42,568 bases of DNA from Octopus sinensis (GCF_006345805.1 NW_021835109.1:1-42568), one strand, 5' to 3'; positions 21,899-35,117 are shown, counted from the stretch's first letter. Translations and numbers: made by a program. Notes: generated from the sequence alone by a model not told the origin.

Positions 21899-24800
21899 TC
21901 TCTCTATATATAAACGGCAGTTTGTCTGTGCGTGCTTCTGTGTGTCTGTTTTCTCGTACCCTCACCCTGACCACGGCTTTCAACCGATTCTGATGAAACT
22001 CGACAGACACATAGCCCAATGTCATAATTCAAAACTAACGCAGCGAAAATTTTGAAAAGTTCCCCCAGTTCTGAAAAAAATTGATAAATTCGACATGGGG
22101 TCGACAATCATAAACACGAACCACAGACTGTCTAGGGGACGCAACTCGAGAATCTAAGCTTTTTTTATGCAACGCATTATCTATGGTAGTTTTCACAACT
22201 TGCAATCGATTTTCACCAAACTCATGGTGAAGCTTAATGTTACCCTAAGAAACTCAATTCTGATGTTAGTTTTCCATGCAATACCTTACCATCAAAAACA
22301 ATCGATAAAATCATGCCATTTTGGGAAATCGCGTTCAAATTCAAGATGACATATTTTCGACAATATCTTTCACAAATTGGCAGGAATCTTTTTTTTTTTC
22401 ACAACGAGCATCATGTCTGCTCCAAGGAGCTATATAGCCCTTTTTGTTCCAATTGGATACATTATTGGAAAAAATCGGTTAATTTAATCATATGAGGCAC
22501 ACATAGCAAACAAATTTGTGTATTAAACACAAACCAGACTGTCTAGGGGACGCAACTTGACCTTTTTAGCTATCGATAATTCGATCCAACCAATTCCTAC
22601 CAGGAAGAAATTACATTCGAGACTTTACCCCCAACACCGCCACTTCTGCTAATAGCTGCTGCAGCCGCAAGTTATTCGAATACTTATTTTGTTTAAACTT
22701 TCTTTATAACTACCACCCCAAACGTTTTACCTTCAATTTTTGACGTACCCTAACGGTCCTCGGACGCTACTTGCAAACTCTTGGTTTATTATAAACCACT
22801 TTTGTCGTGTGCATCAAAAAACTTTTCCTTTCGTTTGTTCAGTTTGATCACTTTTGACTTTTTCGTTGTTGTCACTCACATTGCTGCCAGCTTTTTGGCC
22901 GTTTTTGTACATTTTTATACATTTTCGGATACTTACCCCACGAGCTCCTTTTTATTACACCTTTACCAAACACATTGCTATCCACCAAAATACTTACCCC
23001 ACGTGTTCCTTTTTATTACACCTTTGCCAACACATTGCTATCCACCAAAATGCTACCCAAGAAGAGAAGGACCCTCCTCAGCCCTCGGACGGCCAAGGCA
23101 TCGGCTGCTAGGGCTAGAAGGGCACGCGAGACCCACGAGGAAACCGCCTTGCGCCTCTCGCAAACAGCTTCCCGTTATGCCGCTGCTCAGGCATCTGAAA
23201 CTACTAGCGACCGTTCTACCCGACTTGCAAGGGTCGCAGCGTACAGATCTTCCCTCCGCTCGAGGTTGACGAAAGAGCAACAGTCCAGCCAAAACATGCG
23301 GGCTTCTTACTGTGCTTCCATCCGCAGAGCTCGCGAGAACCCCGAACAAAGGGCCATTCGGAATACGGCTAACGCCACTAGCACCGCCAGGACACGATCT
23401 GTCGAAACCTCACAGCAGAGGAGAACTCGCCAAGATGCTGACGCCGCAAACAAAGCCATGGCCAAAGCTGCCGAAACACCTCAACAGAGGAGAGCTCGCC
23501 AAGCTGCTAACGCCGCAAACACAGCCAGGGCTCGATCTGCCGAAACTCCACACCAACGGACTATTCGGACATCCAGACATGCCATTAACACTGCTTCTGC
23601 TAGGGCTTCAGAGGGTGCTGAGGCGAGAGCTGAAAGGCTTTCAAGGGATGCCACTGCTACCGCTGTCGCACGTGCATCTGAATCTGCTGAGGCACGGTGC
23701 ACTCGACTTGAGAGTATCAACAAACGTCGGGATATCATTCGTGGTGTACGTACCCCTGCCCCCGCTTTCTGGTTGTCACTAGCATTCAACTACGACGCCA
23801 CAATTAACTTCTCCTTGCGTGACGACATCAAGATAGGGTCAATGACAATTGTATGCCAGTTTTGCAAAGCCAAGAAATGGCCCGGAGAGCCACCTGGTTT
23901 GTGCTCTGGTGGCAAAGTGGACCTGCCACCCCTACGGGAACCACCTCAACTACTGAAGGATCTCGCGGCGGGTTTAACCCCCGATTCGTCACAATTCCTT
24001 GAAATAATTCGAAAGTACAACTGCTCATTCCAAATGACCTCTTTCGGGGCCAAAATTCCTCCCAGAGAAGGCTGGATGCCTACTTTCAAAGTGCAGGGAC
24101 AGGTCTACCATCTTATTGGGTCACTTCTGCCAGACGAGATTCAGCAGTCTTCTTTCCTCCAAATATACTTCATTGCCGACTACAACCACCAGGTTGATGC
24201 ACGCCTTGGAATAATACCGGGTACAAGCTATGTTCCCCGCAAAGACATTCTTCTCCTCGTCTCCAAACCATGCTTCATGATATCAACAGCTACGTCTGCA
24301 GCTTCAGATATGCCTTGGACAGTGCTCCATCTCCAAACTTCACCGTTGTCATTGATGCTGATAAACGACCCCACGGAGAGCACGAACGCCGTTTCAACGC
24401 ACCTGCGTGCAACGAAATTGCCGCAGTCATACACGGAGAGCAACACAACAGCCGTGACATAATCATCTCCTCCCGTGGTAACAACCTACACAGGATCAGC
24501 GAGACTCACAGATCTTATGACGCGCTTCAGTATCCATTGCTTTTCCCTTATGGGGAAGACGGCTACCACTTCGGAATTCCTTTACGGCAGCCCTCCAATC
24601 AAACTACTGCGGCATCAAAGACGGTTTCCTGCAGGGCGTTCTACTCATACCGGTTCATGGTCAGGGAAGGTGAGTTCAACTTATTGCCCCGTTGTCGTCA
24701 GCTATTCAACCAGTCGCGAACTCCTCCCGAGTCAATTTCACACCCATCGACACGACATCGTTGCTAGGGTTTTCCGTCTGAATTTGGGCAAAATGAAGGA

Positions 24801-27740
24801 TTTGATAGTTAAGGGTCAGATTTTCGGGCATGTCAGGTGCCACATGTTTTCGGTCGAGTGGCAAAAGAGGGGCTTGCCACATGCTCACATCTTAATTTGG
24901 CTCACTCATAAAATCGAGACTAATGACATTGACAAATTCATTTCCGCCGAGATTCCTGACCCCGATGAGGACCCCGGACTCTACGAAATTGTCCGCACTA
25001 CCATGGTACACGGGCCCTGTGGACCAAATTACGCCAACACACCATGCTACAAAAAAAATTAGCCTGCTCAAAGGGATTCCCTAAACGGTTCACTTTGGAG
25101 ACTCAAACAGGCGGCGATGGGTATCCGCGGTACAAACGAAGGAGTCCAGCCAATGGAGACCGCACGATTACGGTTGGGCGACATCAAGTGGACAACAGCT
25201 ACATTGTCCCCTACTGTCCTCTCCTGTCGAAGATATTCAAAGGCCACGTCAACGTTGAGTTCTGCAGCTCCATCAGGTCAATACAATATGTCTGCAAATA
25301 TATCAACAAAGGCAGCGATGCTGCCATGTTCAGCATCCAGAGGACCACCAGTCGCGACGAAGTGTCCAACTACTTGGCTGGCCGGTACCTCAGCAGCAAC
25401 GAAGCGTTTTGGCGCATTTACGGCTTCCCGCTCCATCAGAGACACCCGGCTGTGGTGCAGCTTGCTGTACACTTGGAAAATGGACAGCGGATTTACTTCA
25501 CAGAGCAAAGTGCTGTGCAGATAGCCACCAGCCCTAAAGACACAACGTTGACTGGTTTCTTCAAATTATGCCAACGTGATGACTTCGCTCGAACGCTTTT
25601 GTACCCACAGGTCCCATCGTACTTCGTGTGGTCTAAAAACACCTGGGTTCGACGGAAATCCGGCAAAAACGTCGAAAGCTTCCCAGGCGTCAAGTTTGAC
25701 TCCTGCCTGGGTCGAGTTTACAACATCCCGCCAAACCAGCAAGAATGCTTCTACCTCCGTCTCCTTCTACATGAGGTCACTGGTCCAACAGGTTTCGCCA
25801 ATGTACGTACCGTCAATGGGGTTCTGTGCGACACCTTCAGGGAAGCATGTATGAGACTTGGCCTTCTAGAGGATGACTCCCAGTGGGACGCCACGATGGC
25901 AGAGGGTGCTTTACTGCAAACGCATTCGGCCCTACGACATCTTTTCGCAATCCTTCTTCAAAAATGTCAGCTTAGTGATCCACTAAGTCTCTGGATGAAA
26001 TACAGGGATGACATGTCGCACGACTTCTTACGTACGGCTCAGCAACACTGCCCTTCCGCCGAGATCACGTTTACCAACTTCATTTACAATTTTGCGCTCA
26101 TTCAGCTCGAAGACGCTGTCATCGATATGGGTGGGTCTGCTTTAACAGAGTACGGCCTTCCACCACCCACACGTGAACACGCCAATGTTATGTCTGCTGA
26201 ATTGTTACGCGAAACTTCCTACTGCATTGAGGAACTGCACCAGTACGTCCAAGATAATGAACCACGGCTGCTTCCAGACCAGCGCATAGCCTACAACACC
26301 ATCGTAGACTCTGTCAGACAGCAACGTGGGGGGATTTTCTTCCTTGATGCACCCGGCGGCACTGGCAAAACCTTCGTCACTAAACTAATTCTGGCAGAGG
26401 TCAGACGCAACACGGACATTGCCCTGGCTGTAGCTTCCTCTGGTATCGCGGCCACGTTGCTTCCGGTGGCAGAACCGCCCACTCTGCCTTCAGACTCCCG
26501 CTCGATCTGGCAAAGTCCGAGTCACCTATCTGCAACATCGCCAAGAACTCAGAACAGGCCGACATTCTGCGCAGATGCAAACTCATCGTATGGGACGAGT
26601 GCACTATGGCACACAAAGGCGCCCTTGAGGCACTGGACAGACATCAGAGACTCTACGGCCCCCATGGGAGGATTAACTTTACTTCTTTCAGGAGACTTCA
26701 GGCAGACTCTACCTGTTATTCCAAAAGGAACCCGTGCCGATGCCGTGCGCGCGTGCCTTAAGTCGTCAGCTCTTTGGCCACATGTGCAGCCCTTGCACCT
26801 CCAAACTAACATGCGCGCGCAGTTAATTGGTGACAGCGGATCCGCTGCATTCTCCAGGGACCTCTTATCGCTCGGTGAAAATAGGATGCTGTCTGATGCG
26901 GATGGCTACGTTCAATTGGACTCACTTTGCACCATTGTCGACACCCCTGCTAGCCTCCGGGACGCTGTCTTCCACGACCTACAAAACAATTTACGCGACC
27001 TAAAATGGCTGGCAGGCAGAGCTATTCTCGCACCCAAAATACAACCGTCAACTCCATCAATATCCAGCTACTTGAAGCTATTCCTGGTGATGTCCACGTC
27101 TAAAAATCTATAGATAGGACAGCAGACCCCGCCCAGCTTGCCGATTATCCTGTGAATTCCTGAATTCACTTGAACCGCCAGGCCTGCCACCACACATCCT
27201 GAAGTTAAAAGTCGGTGCGCCCATTATGCTCATCAGGAATTTGGTTCCACCTAAACAGTGCAACGGCACACGTTTGGTTGTGAAACATTTGGCACCACAT
27301 TTAATAACGGCCACAATACTTACCGGTTGTGGGAAGGGAGAGGACGTCTTCATTCCACGGATGCACCTTCAACCGTCGGGCGCTGACCTACCAATCCACT
27401 TCAGGCGTTCTCAGTTTCCTGTTAAACTCTGCTTCGCAATGGCCATCAATAAATCCCAAGGCCAAACGCTACAAGTCGCTGGGTTACATTTGGGCGAACA
27501 GTGCTTCGCCCACGGTCAACTCTACGTGGGCTGTTCACGCGTTGGGAGGCGCAATGATGTTTTCATGTTTTCGCCCAAACGGACAGCTAGGAACATCGTA
27601 TATACAGAAGTATTCCAGTGAAGACAAGACATTGCAACGTCCACATGCACCTTCGTCCCTGGAGGGAAAGGACTAAATTGGGATTAGTCGTTGCCTACTA
27701 GGGGCTCTTACATACCCGGGCAACGCGGGCTATGCTGCTA

Positions 27741-27741
<1 letters not shown>
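21899..27741 (+). mobile_element. Helitron, autonomous type (5843 bp)
   Basis: 5' A|TC at 21899, 3' hairpin CCCGGGCAACGCGGG then CTAG (27738-27741)|T, and an internal Rep/helicase. Confidence 0.95.
23050..27621 (+). pseudogene. Helitron Rep/helicase (HUH Y2 nuclease plus PIF1-like SF1 helicase), disrupted
   Basis: 23-aa repeats; CQFC..KW Zn-finger-like motif; EWQKRGLPHAH (HUH); YVCKYINKG (Y2); DAPGGTGKT; IVWDEC; GDFRQ; NKSQGQT; [11 protein letters not shown]. Has several frameshifts, one TAA and an internal deletion. Confidence 0.93.
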
Positions 27742-27825
<84 letters not shown>

Positions 27826-27912
27826 CATATGAATATATATGTATATATGTTTGTATATATGATGTATGAATCTAGCTATTTATCACTTTTTCTCTCATTC
27901 TTTCTCTCTCTT

Positions 27913-27953
<41 letters not shown>

Positions 27954-27954
<1 letters not shown>

Positions 27955-29453
27955 AAATAGTAAAAAGTGAAAAAACTACAGAAGGCTTGTTTTAAAAGTT
28001 TAAAAAGTATATATTTGAGTCAATATGTCTGAAGAATAAATGCGCAAACCAACTACTACCACAATTTTTAATCTTTCCATTTTACCAATGTGCTATCGGA
28101 ACACCAACACAAATTAGACTAAACAAGGAAACATTCTTCATTGAAAATTACAAGCCCAGACTTAACCATTCCAACATACTTATACAGAGAAATTCACTCC
28201 AAAGGAAAGGCAAAAAATTTTAAGCGATTATCTCCCTTACACCGGAAGAAATCACTTATTACCTCCCCTTATCTAGAACTCTTCTCAAGATAAACATAAC
28301 GAGAACTCTTCTCAACGTAAACAGTGCTTGGGCCCTTATTGTTCTTAGTCTTCATAAATGACTTGCCCGATGACCTCACGCAACACACCCTTCTATTTGC
28401 CGACGATATCAAACTGGTCGCTCATCGCGGTGATATAGAGGATCTTCGTCGATGCCTCCACCAAATTTGGAAGTGGTCTAACGAATGGGACCTGTGTCTG
28501 AACGTGTCAAAGTGCTGTCATCTGCCTGTTGGCTCTCCTCCTGCAACTCAACTTGATTTCGAGCTGGGTCGTCTGCTGCTGGAGAGGACCGATTAGGTAA
28601 AGGACCTGGGTATCTTGGTGGATTCCTCCTTTTCGCCTTCGGCCCAGTGCGTCCATGCTGCCAACAAAGCACGCGGAATTCTGTTCTTGATTCGACGGTC
28701 ATTCGGAATGCTCACAGCAGCCATATTCCTACCACTCTATGTCACGCTGGTGAGACCCATATTGGAGTACGGGATTCAAGCCTCTTCTCCTTATCTCCTC
28801 AAAGACATACAGCATCTCGAAAGAGTCCAGAAGCTGGCTACCCGCATGGTTCATGGTCTCAAAAATTTGTCCTATGAAGAAAGGCTGAGGACGCTCGACC
28901 TTTATTCTCTTGAAAAACGCCGCCGCCGTGGTGATCTCATTCTCGCCCACAACATCATAAGCGGAAAGTGTAACCTCTCGAAGAGAGCTGTTCTTCACTC
29001 CTGCTCCAGAGCGTCGGCTGCGGGGTCATTCCGAAAAGCTCTACCTGCGACGATTTCATCTCAATCGAAGGAGAGGAGCTTTCCCGTCCGGGTTGCGGAT
29101 CCGTGGAACAAGCTGCCAGACGATGGTGAAGATGCCGACGACCGCTTTGTTCAAAGCCTCCCTTGACCTCAAGTGGCCTGAACTCTTTACATGAACACCA
29201 CCCTGTACTTAACTCCATGTCCCCCTACATGGCCTTGCTATTTGCTTTTGAGCCAAATTAACTAACTAACTAACTAACTAACTAACATAACGATGTAAAT
29301 TTGAAAAGCTGAAATCGAAACCGGTCATTTCTTCCAAACTATGTCATTGTAAGAAAAAAATTTATAATATTCTTCAGACATATTGACTCAAATATATATT
29401 TTTTAACCTTTTAAAACAAGCCTTCTGTAGTTTTTTCACTTTTTTACTATTTT
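27954..29453. mobile_element. Penelope remnant with ~85-bp inverted ends, interrupted by a CR1 LINE
   Basis: 27954-28038 and 29368-29453 are inverted. 28041-28166 encodes IFPFYQC..TQIRLNKETFFIENYKPRLN (GIY-YIG C-terminus). CGAAACCGGTC occurs near 29316. Confidence 0.7.
28324..29287 (+). mobile_element. 5'-truncated CR1-type LINE (RT C-terminus, 3' UTR, (TAAC)n tail)
   Basis: VLGPLLFLVFINDL, LFADD, KDLGILVD, VRPILEY, RRRRGDLI, WNKLP. Apparent TSD ACATAACGA at 28294-28302 and 29285-29293. Confidence 0.93.
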
Positions 29454-29494
29454 CTATATATTCAACCATGTGCTTTCACAAACCAACTTTCTCA

Positions 29495-29530
<36 letters not shown>

Positions 29531-29874
29531 TACATACATGCCTACATACAAATATTTATAGGAAGGCTCGTAGAGAAGAGTAACGTACCGAAGGATGACG
29601 ATGATGATGGCAGTGGCGGGTGCTGGTGGCGATTAGGAGGAGGAAAAAAGAGGAAGGAACAGACAACAATAATAGTGATAATATTATTAATAATAAAGAA
29701 ATTCCTTCTATGGACAATAACTCTCTGAAAGAAATTAACAAATTATTCCAATTATACAAAGACAAAAAAAAAACAAAAAACAAAATACAAATAAACAAAA
29801 AACATGCCCAAATAAAAAAACCAGAATTCGAAATGGAGATAATAAAGATGTTGGAGTTTGAAAACAACAATTTC

Positions 29875-29875
<1 letters not shown>

Positions 29876-29934
<59 letters not shown>

Positions 29935-29978
29935 TGATAATAATGATGATAATGATGATGATAATGATGATAATAATA

Positions 29979-30011
<33 letters not shown>

Positions 30012-30034
30012 TGATAATAATGATGATAATGATG

Positions 30035-30079
<45 letters not shown>

Positions 30080-30147
30080 TAATAATAATAATGATATTAA
30101 TAATGATAATGATAATGATGATAATAATAATAATGATAATGATGATG

Positions 30148-30196
<49 letters not shown>

Positions 30197-30201
30197 TGAT
30201 G

Positions 30202-30259
<58 letters not shown>
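29876..30259. repeat. (AAT)n/(GAT)n array
   Basis: Directly visible. Confidence 0.95.
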
Positions 30260-30261
<2 letters not shown>

Positions 30262-30793
30262 GCCCTGATGCAGTACCAGGCAGTGGCTCTCATGGCTTCT
30301 GATCTTAACTGATTGGAAGTGTTATCATGTACATTGTTTTGTCTTGGTATAAAAGATGGGCTACAGCAAATATTCTGCTCAATACCACAGATTTGCTTGT
30401 CAGTTGTTTGACCTTAACCAGTTGAGCATGTCCTTCGTGGCTGACAATATGTGCATCTCTGATCACGAGCAGAAGTAGTGGGGGAGCATCATAGCCATGT
30501 GTGAGAGGGATTCTTTGGGGTTTGAATAGTTCACCTCTGGAAACATGGGTGGTTCTTTCAACATCCTTAAACAACCCTTATTCAGGGACCGTTTGAGCGG
30601 GATGGGCTACTCAATCTGAAGAAAATTCTAACTGGGCCCCACCTGCAAGGTCATGTGCTGTTTATCTTGATATGAGATCACCATGTCGCGCACATATGGT
30701 TGTGATGCATGTGCCTGGTGTACCTTTATCAGACGGGTAGTCATGATGGGTATATTGGGCTTCGTATATTTTACCCCAGTGTCACTTTGATGG
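30260..30793 (-). mobile_element. Unclassified ~530-bp interspersed repeat embedded in (AAT)n
   Basis: A second, inverted copy lies at 40378-40775. No coding capacity seen. Confidence 0.8.
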
Positions 30794-30865
30794 CATGCAC
30801 TGCTCTCTCACTCAATAATAATAATAATGATAATGATGATGATAATAATAATAATGATAATGATG

Positions 30866-30896
<31 letters not shown>

Positions 30897-30928
30897 TGAT
30901 GATAATAATAATAATAATAATAATAATT

Positions 30929-30959
<31 letters not shown>

Positions 30960-31008
30960 TATTAATAATAACAACAACAACAATAATGATAACAACAACA
31001 ACAACAAC

Positions 31009-31048
<40 letters not shown>

Positions 31049-31075
31049 GTAATGATAATAATAATAATAATAATA

Positions 31076-31114
<39 letters not shown>

Positions 31115-31127
31115 GTAATAATAATAA

Positions 31128-31785
31128 TGCTGGAGAGGACCGATCAGGTAAAGGACCTGGGTATCTTGGTGGATTCCTCCTTTTCGCCTTCGGCCCAGTG
31201 CGTCCGTGCTGCCAACAAAGGAATTCTGTTCTTGATTCGACGGTCATTCGGAATGCTCACAGCAGCCATATTCCTACCACTCTATGTCAAGCTGGTGAGA
31301 CCCATATTGGAGTACGGGATTCAAGCCTCTTCTCCTTATCTCCTCAAAGACATACAGCATCTCGAAAGAGTCCAGAAGCTGGCTACCCACATGGTTCATG
31401 GTCTCAAAAATTTGTCCTATGAAGAAAGGCTGAGGACGCTCGACCTTTATTCTCTTGAAAAACGCCGCCGCCGTGGTGATCTCATTCTCGCCCACAACAT
31501 TATAAGCGGAAAGTGTAACCTCTCGAAAGAGCTGTTCTTCACTCCTGCTCCAGAGCGTCGGCTGCGGGGTCATTCCGAAAAGCTCTACCTGCGACGATTT
31601 CATCTCAATCGAAGGAGAGGAGCTTTCTCCGTCCGGGTTGCCAGACGAGATGGTGAAGATGCCGACGACCGCTTTGGTCAAAGCCTCCCTGGACCTCAAG
31701 TGGCCTGAACTCTTTACATGAACACCACCCTGTACTTAACTCCATGTCCCCCTACATGGCCTTGCTATTTGCTTTTGAGCCAAAT

Positions 31786-31824
<39 letters not shown>
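31128..31824 (+). mobile_element. Second 5'-truncated CR1-type LINE copy
   Basis: Nearly identical to 28577-29287, with a longer (TAAC)n tail, inserted in (AAT)n. Confidence 0.93.
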
Positions 31825-31859
31825 TGATAATGATGATAATAATAATAATGATAAGCATG

Positions 31860-31913
<54 letters not shown>

Positions 31914-31925
31914 GTAATGATGATG

Positions 31926-31960
<35 letters not shown>

Positions 31961-32078
31961 TATAATAATAATAATAATAATAATAACAATACCAACAATA
32001 ATGATAACAACAGCAACAACAACAATAATAATAATAATATATATAATAATAATAATAATAATGATAATCATAGTAATG

Positions 32079-32114
<36 letters not shown>

Positions 32115-32221
32115 TATAATAATTATAATAATAATAATAATAATAATAACAACAACAACAATAATGATAACAACAACAAAAGAACAACAAGAACAACAAT
32201 AGCAACAACATAATAATAATA

Positions 32222-32282
<61 letters not shown>

Positions 32283-32475
32283 GTACAATAATAATAATGA
32301 TGATGGTGGTGATGATGACAAGACCAACCACATGAAGAAGAAGAAGAAGAAGAAGAAGAAGAAGAAGAAGAAGAAGAAGAAGAAGAAGAAGAAGAAGAAG
32401 AAGAAGAAGAAGAAGAAGAAGAAGAAGAAGAAGAAGAAGAACAACAACAACAACAACAACAACAATAACTATTAT
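31825..32475. repeat. (AAT)n/(AAC)n array ending in a pure (GAA)n run (about 32334-32441)
   Basis: Directly visible. Confidence 0.95.
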
Positions 32476-32781
32476 GATAACAATCGCATCAAGAATGCTA
32501 TTAAAAGACACAAATATATATACACATCCAGAACTGCGAAAGTTATAGTCCAGCAGAGAAGATGAGGCTGTTAGGGCCTGCAACATGTATGACGTATTCT
32601 TTACTTTTCAATATAAAAGACAAAAATAAAATAACAAGACAAAACAAATGACAGCACGTAACGTAGAGAGAGAGAGAAAGAGAGAGAGGGAGATAGATAG
32701 ATAGATTGAGAGAGAGAGAGAGAGAGAGAGCTTCTTTCTCTTAGAAGTGCAGCAAGAACACGCAATAAATATATCGAGTAT

Positions 32782-32860
<79 letters not shown>

Positions 32861-33441
32861 TGATGATAATAATAATAATAATGATATTAATAATGATAAT
32901 GATATTAATAATGATATTAATAATGATAATAATAGATAAATAAAATATGGACATTTGCCAAGGAGGCAAAAGTTTAGAGAAAACACTAGAAATTGTCTTG
33001 TTTATCTTGAATCAAATTACCAAGAAAGAACCATTGAAACAGCAGACGATCTTCCGTCGTTTCAGCAGCGTCCATGTTGTCTCTATCGAAAAATATCCGT
33101 CCATTTTGTTGTTATCTGTCCTTTTGTTTTTGTTTTTGCTTTTAATGTTTTCGTCTTTTTTACTGAGATATGATGTATCGATAATGAGAATACAAAGAGA
33201 TTTAGTGCTTCTTGTCTCATTTATTCACACACACACACACACACACGCATTGAGTGTGTGTATATATACAGTAAGTAAATAAACATATATATCTGTGTGT
33301 GTGTGTGTGTGTGCATATGTATATATATGTATATATGTATGTATGCATGTATGTGTATATATATATTTGATATACTTATACACACACACGTATATTTTAT
33401 ACATAGAATGTATGTGTCTGTATACGTGTATATATTATAAT

Positions 33442-33551
<110 letters not shown>

Positions 33552-33997
33552 AATGTATATACGCAAACATACCTGTGTACATAGACAAAAGGATTATTGT
33601 TGCTGTTGTTAAATATAATGTCCATAAAATGATGTGTAGAATAAGAATTCCGTGATATAATTGATAAGATTAGAGAATTGGAGAGGAAAAATATACTCTC
33701 TCCCTTCACACGTGTGTGTGTGAATATGTATGTATGTATGTATGTATGTATTATGTATGTATGTATGTATGTATGTATGTATGTATGTATGTATGTATGT
33801 ATGTATGTGTGTGTGTATGTACAGAGAGAAAGGGAAAGAGAGAGAGCGATGGAGAAGCTGAGGTCAGGTTTTGCCTGTGATGCAGATGTGTAGAAGCATT
33901 TGGTTATGGTCATCTATCGACGTATTATATCCTATCATAATTATACAGCCTACAATATATATTTTTATCTCTCTTTCTCTATATTTCTCTCTCTCTC

Positions 33998-34065
<68 letters not shown>

Positions 34066-34098
34066 TAGATAGATAGATAGATAAAAATGTATATTTTA

Positions 34099-34159
<61 letters not shown>

Positions 34160-34294
34160 ACAAAATTTAGAGGACTGACCACTAAAAGTAGACAGCCCTT
34201 ATGCTAGATATAGACGTCAAAATCGCCATTTTCCACGAAGAATGTGTTCGCAAGAAAAAAACTCAGCAAAAACCAAAAGCGTAAAAAATAAGCA

Positions 34295-34561
34295 AGACAA
34301 ATGAAAGTATACGAAATAAAAAATTATTACCTATGTACTAATTAGTTTCACTTGTTAATATTTACGTATATGGATACGTAAACATCTGCAAGATCATCAG
34401 CATAGTCTGTCGTTTACAAAACACAATTTCCAGAACTAGATACAGAACGCTCAACCGAAATCCACCATGTATAAAGTTCCACAAATTATATTCACAAATT
34501 ATATTATAAACTAATTAGTACATAGGTAATCATTTTTTATTTCATATATTTTCATTTGTCT
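34295..34561. mobile_element. MITE-like element with 54-bp inverted arms
   Basis: 34295-34348 and 34508-34561 are near-perfect reverse complements. Confidence 0.75.
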
Positions 34562-34685
34562 ACTTTTAGACCGCTGGTTTTAATTGATTAATATCAATTT
34601 CTACCCTTATTTAATTATATATATATATATATATGTATTTATGCATATATATATATATATATATAGTATATATAATATATATATA

Positions 34686-34724
<39 letters not shown>

Positions 34725-34727
34725 TAA

Positions 34728-34771
<44 letters not shown>

Positions 34772-35085
34772 GTATATACATAATACATATATATATATTT
34801 CGTTTTGGGATTTAGTTTGCAAGATTCTTTGTGAGTTCGTGTGTTGAAGCATGTTCTGTTGTGTCTGGGGAGAGTCATTCTCTTTTAGTGTCTTATAATT
34901 TAACACACTCACTGGTAAAATTTCCCCTCATTTCCATCTTTATATTTCTAAGATTTTCGTTGTGTCTTGCAACTTTTACAATAGCTTTGACTCAAAGCTA
35001 TTGAAAAAGCATGCAATACTGAAAAAGCATGCAATACTCCAGGAGCTTCAACAAAACCTGTGATAGAGAAATAATAATAATAATA

Positions 35086-35117
<32 letters not shown>

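Noticed and set aside
22781-28030. Alternative-frame and antisense ORFs inside the Helitron as captured genes
   Set aside because: They are shadows of the GC-rich RepHel reading frame; no foreign gene fragment was recognised.
29290-29330. CGAAACCGGTC as a fifth hammerhead
   Set aside because: Only the 3' half is recognisable; CUGANGA and stem II are not recoverable.
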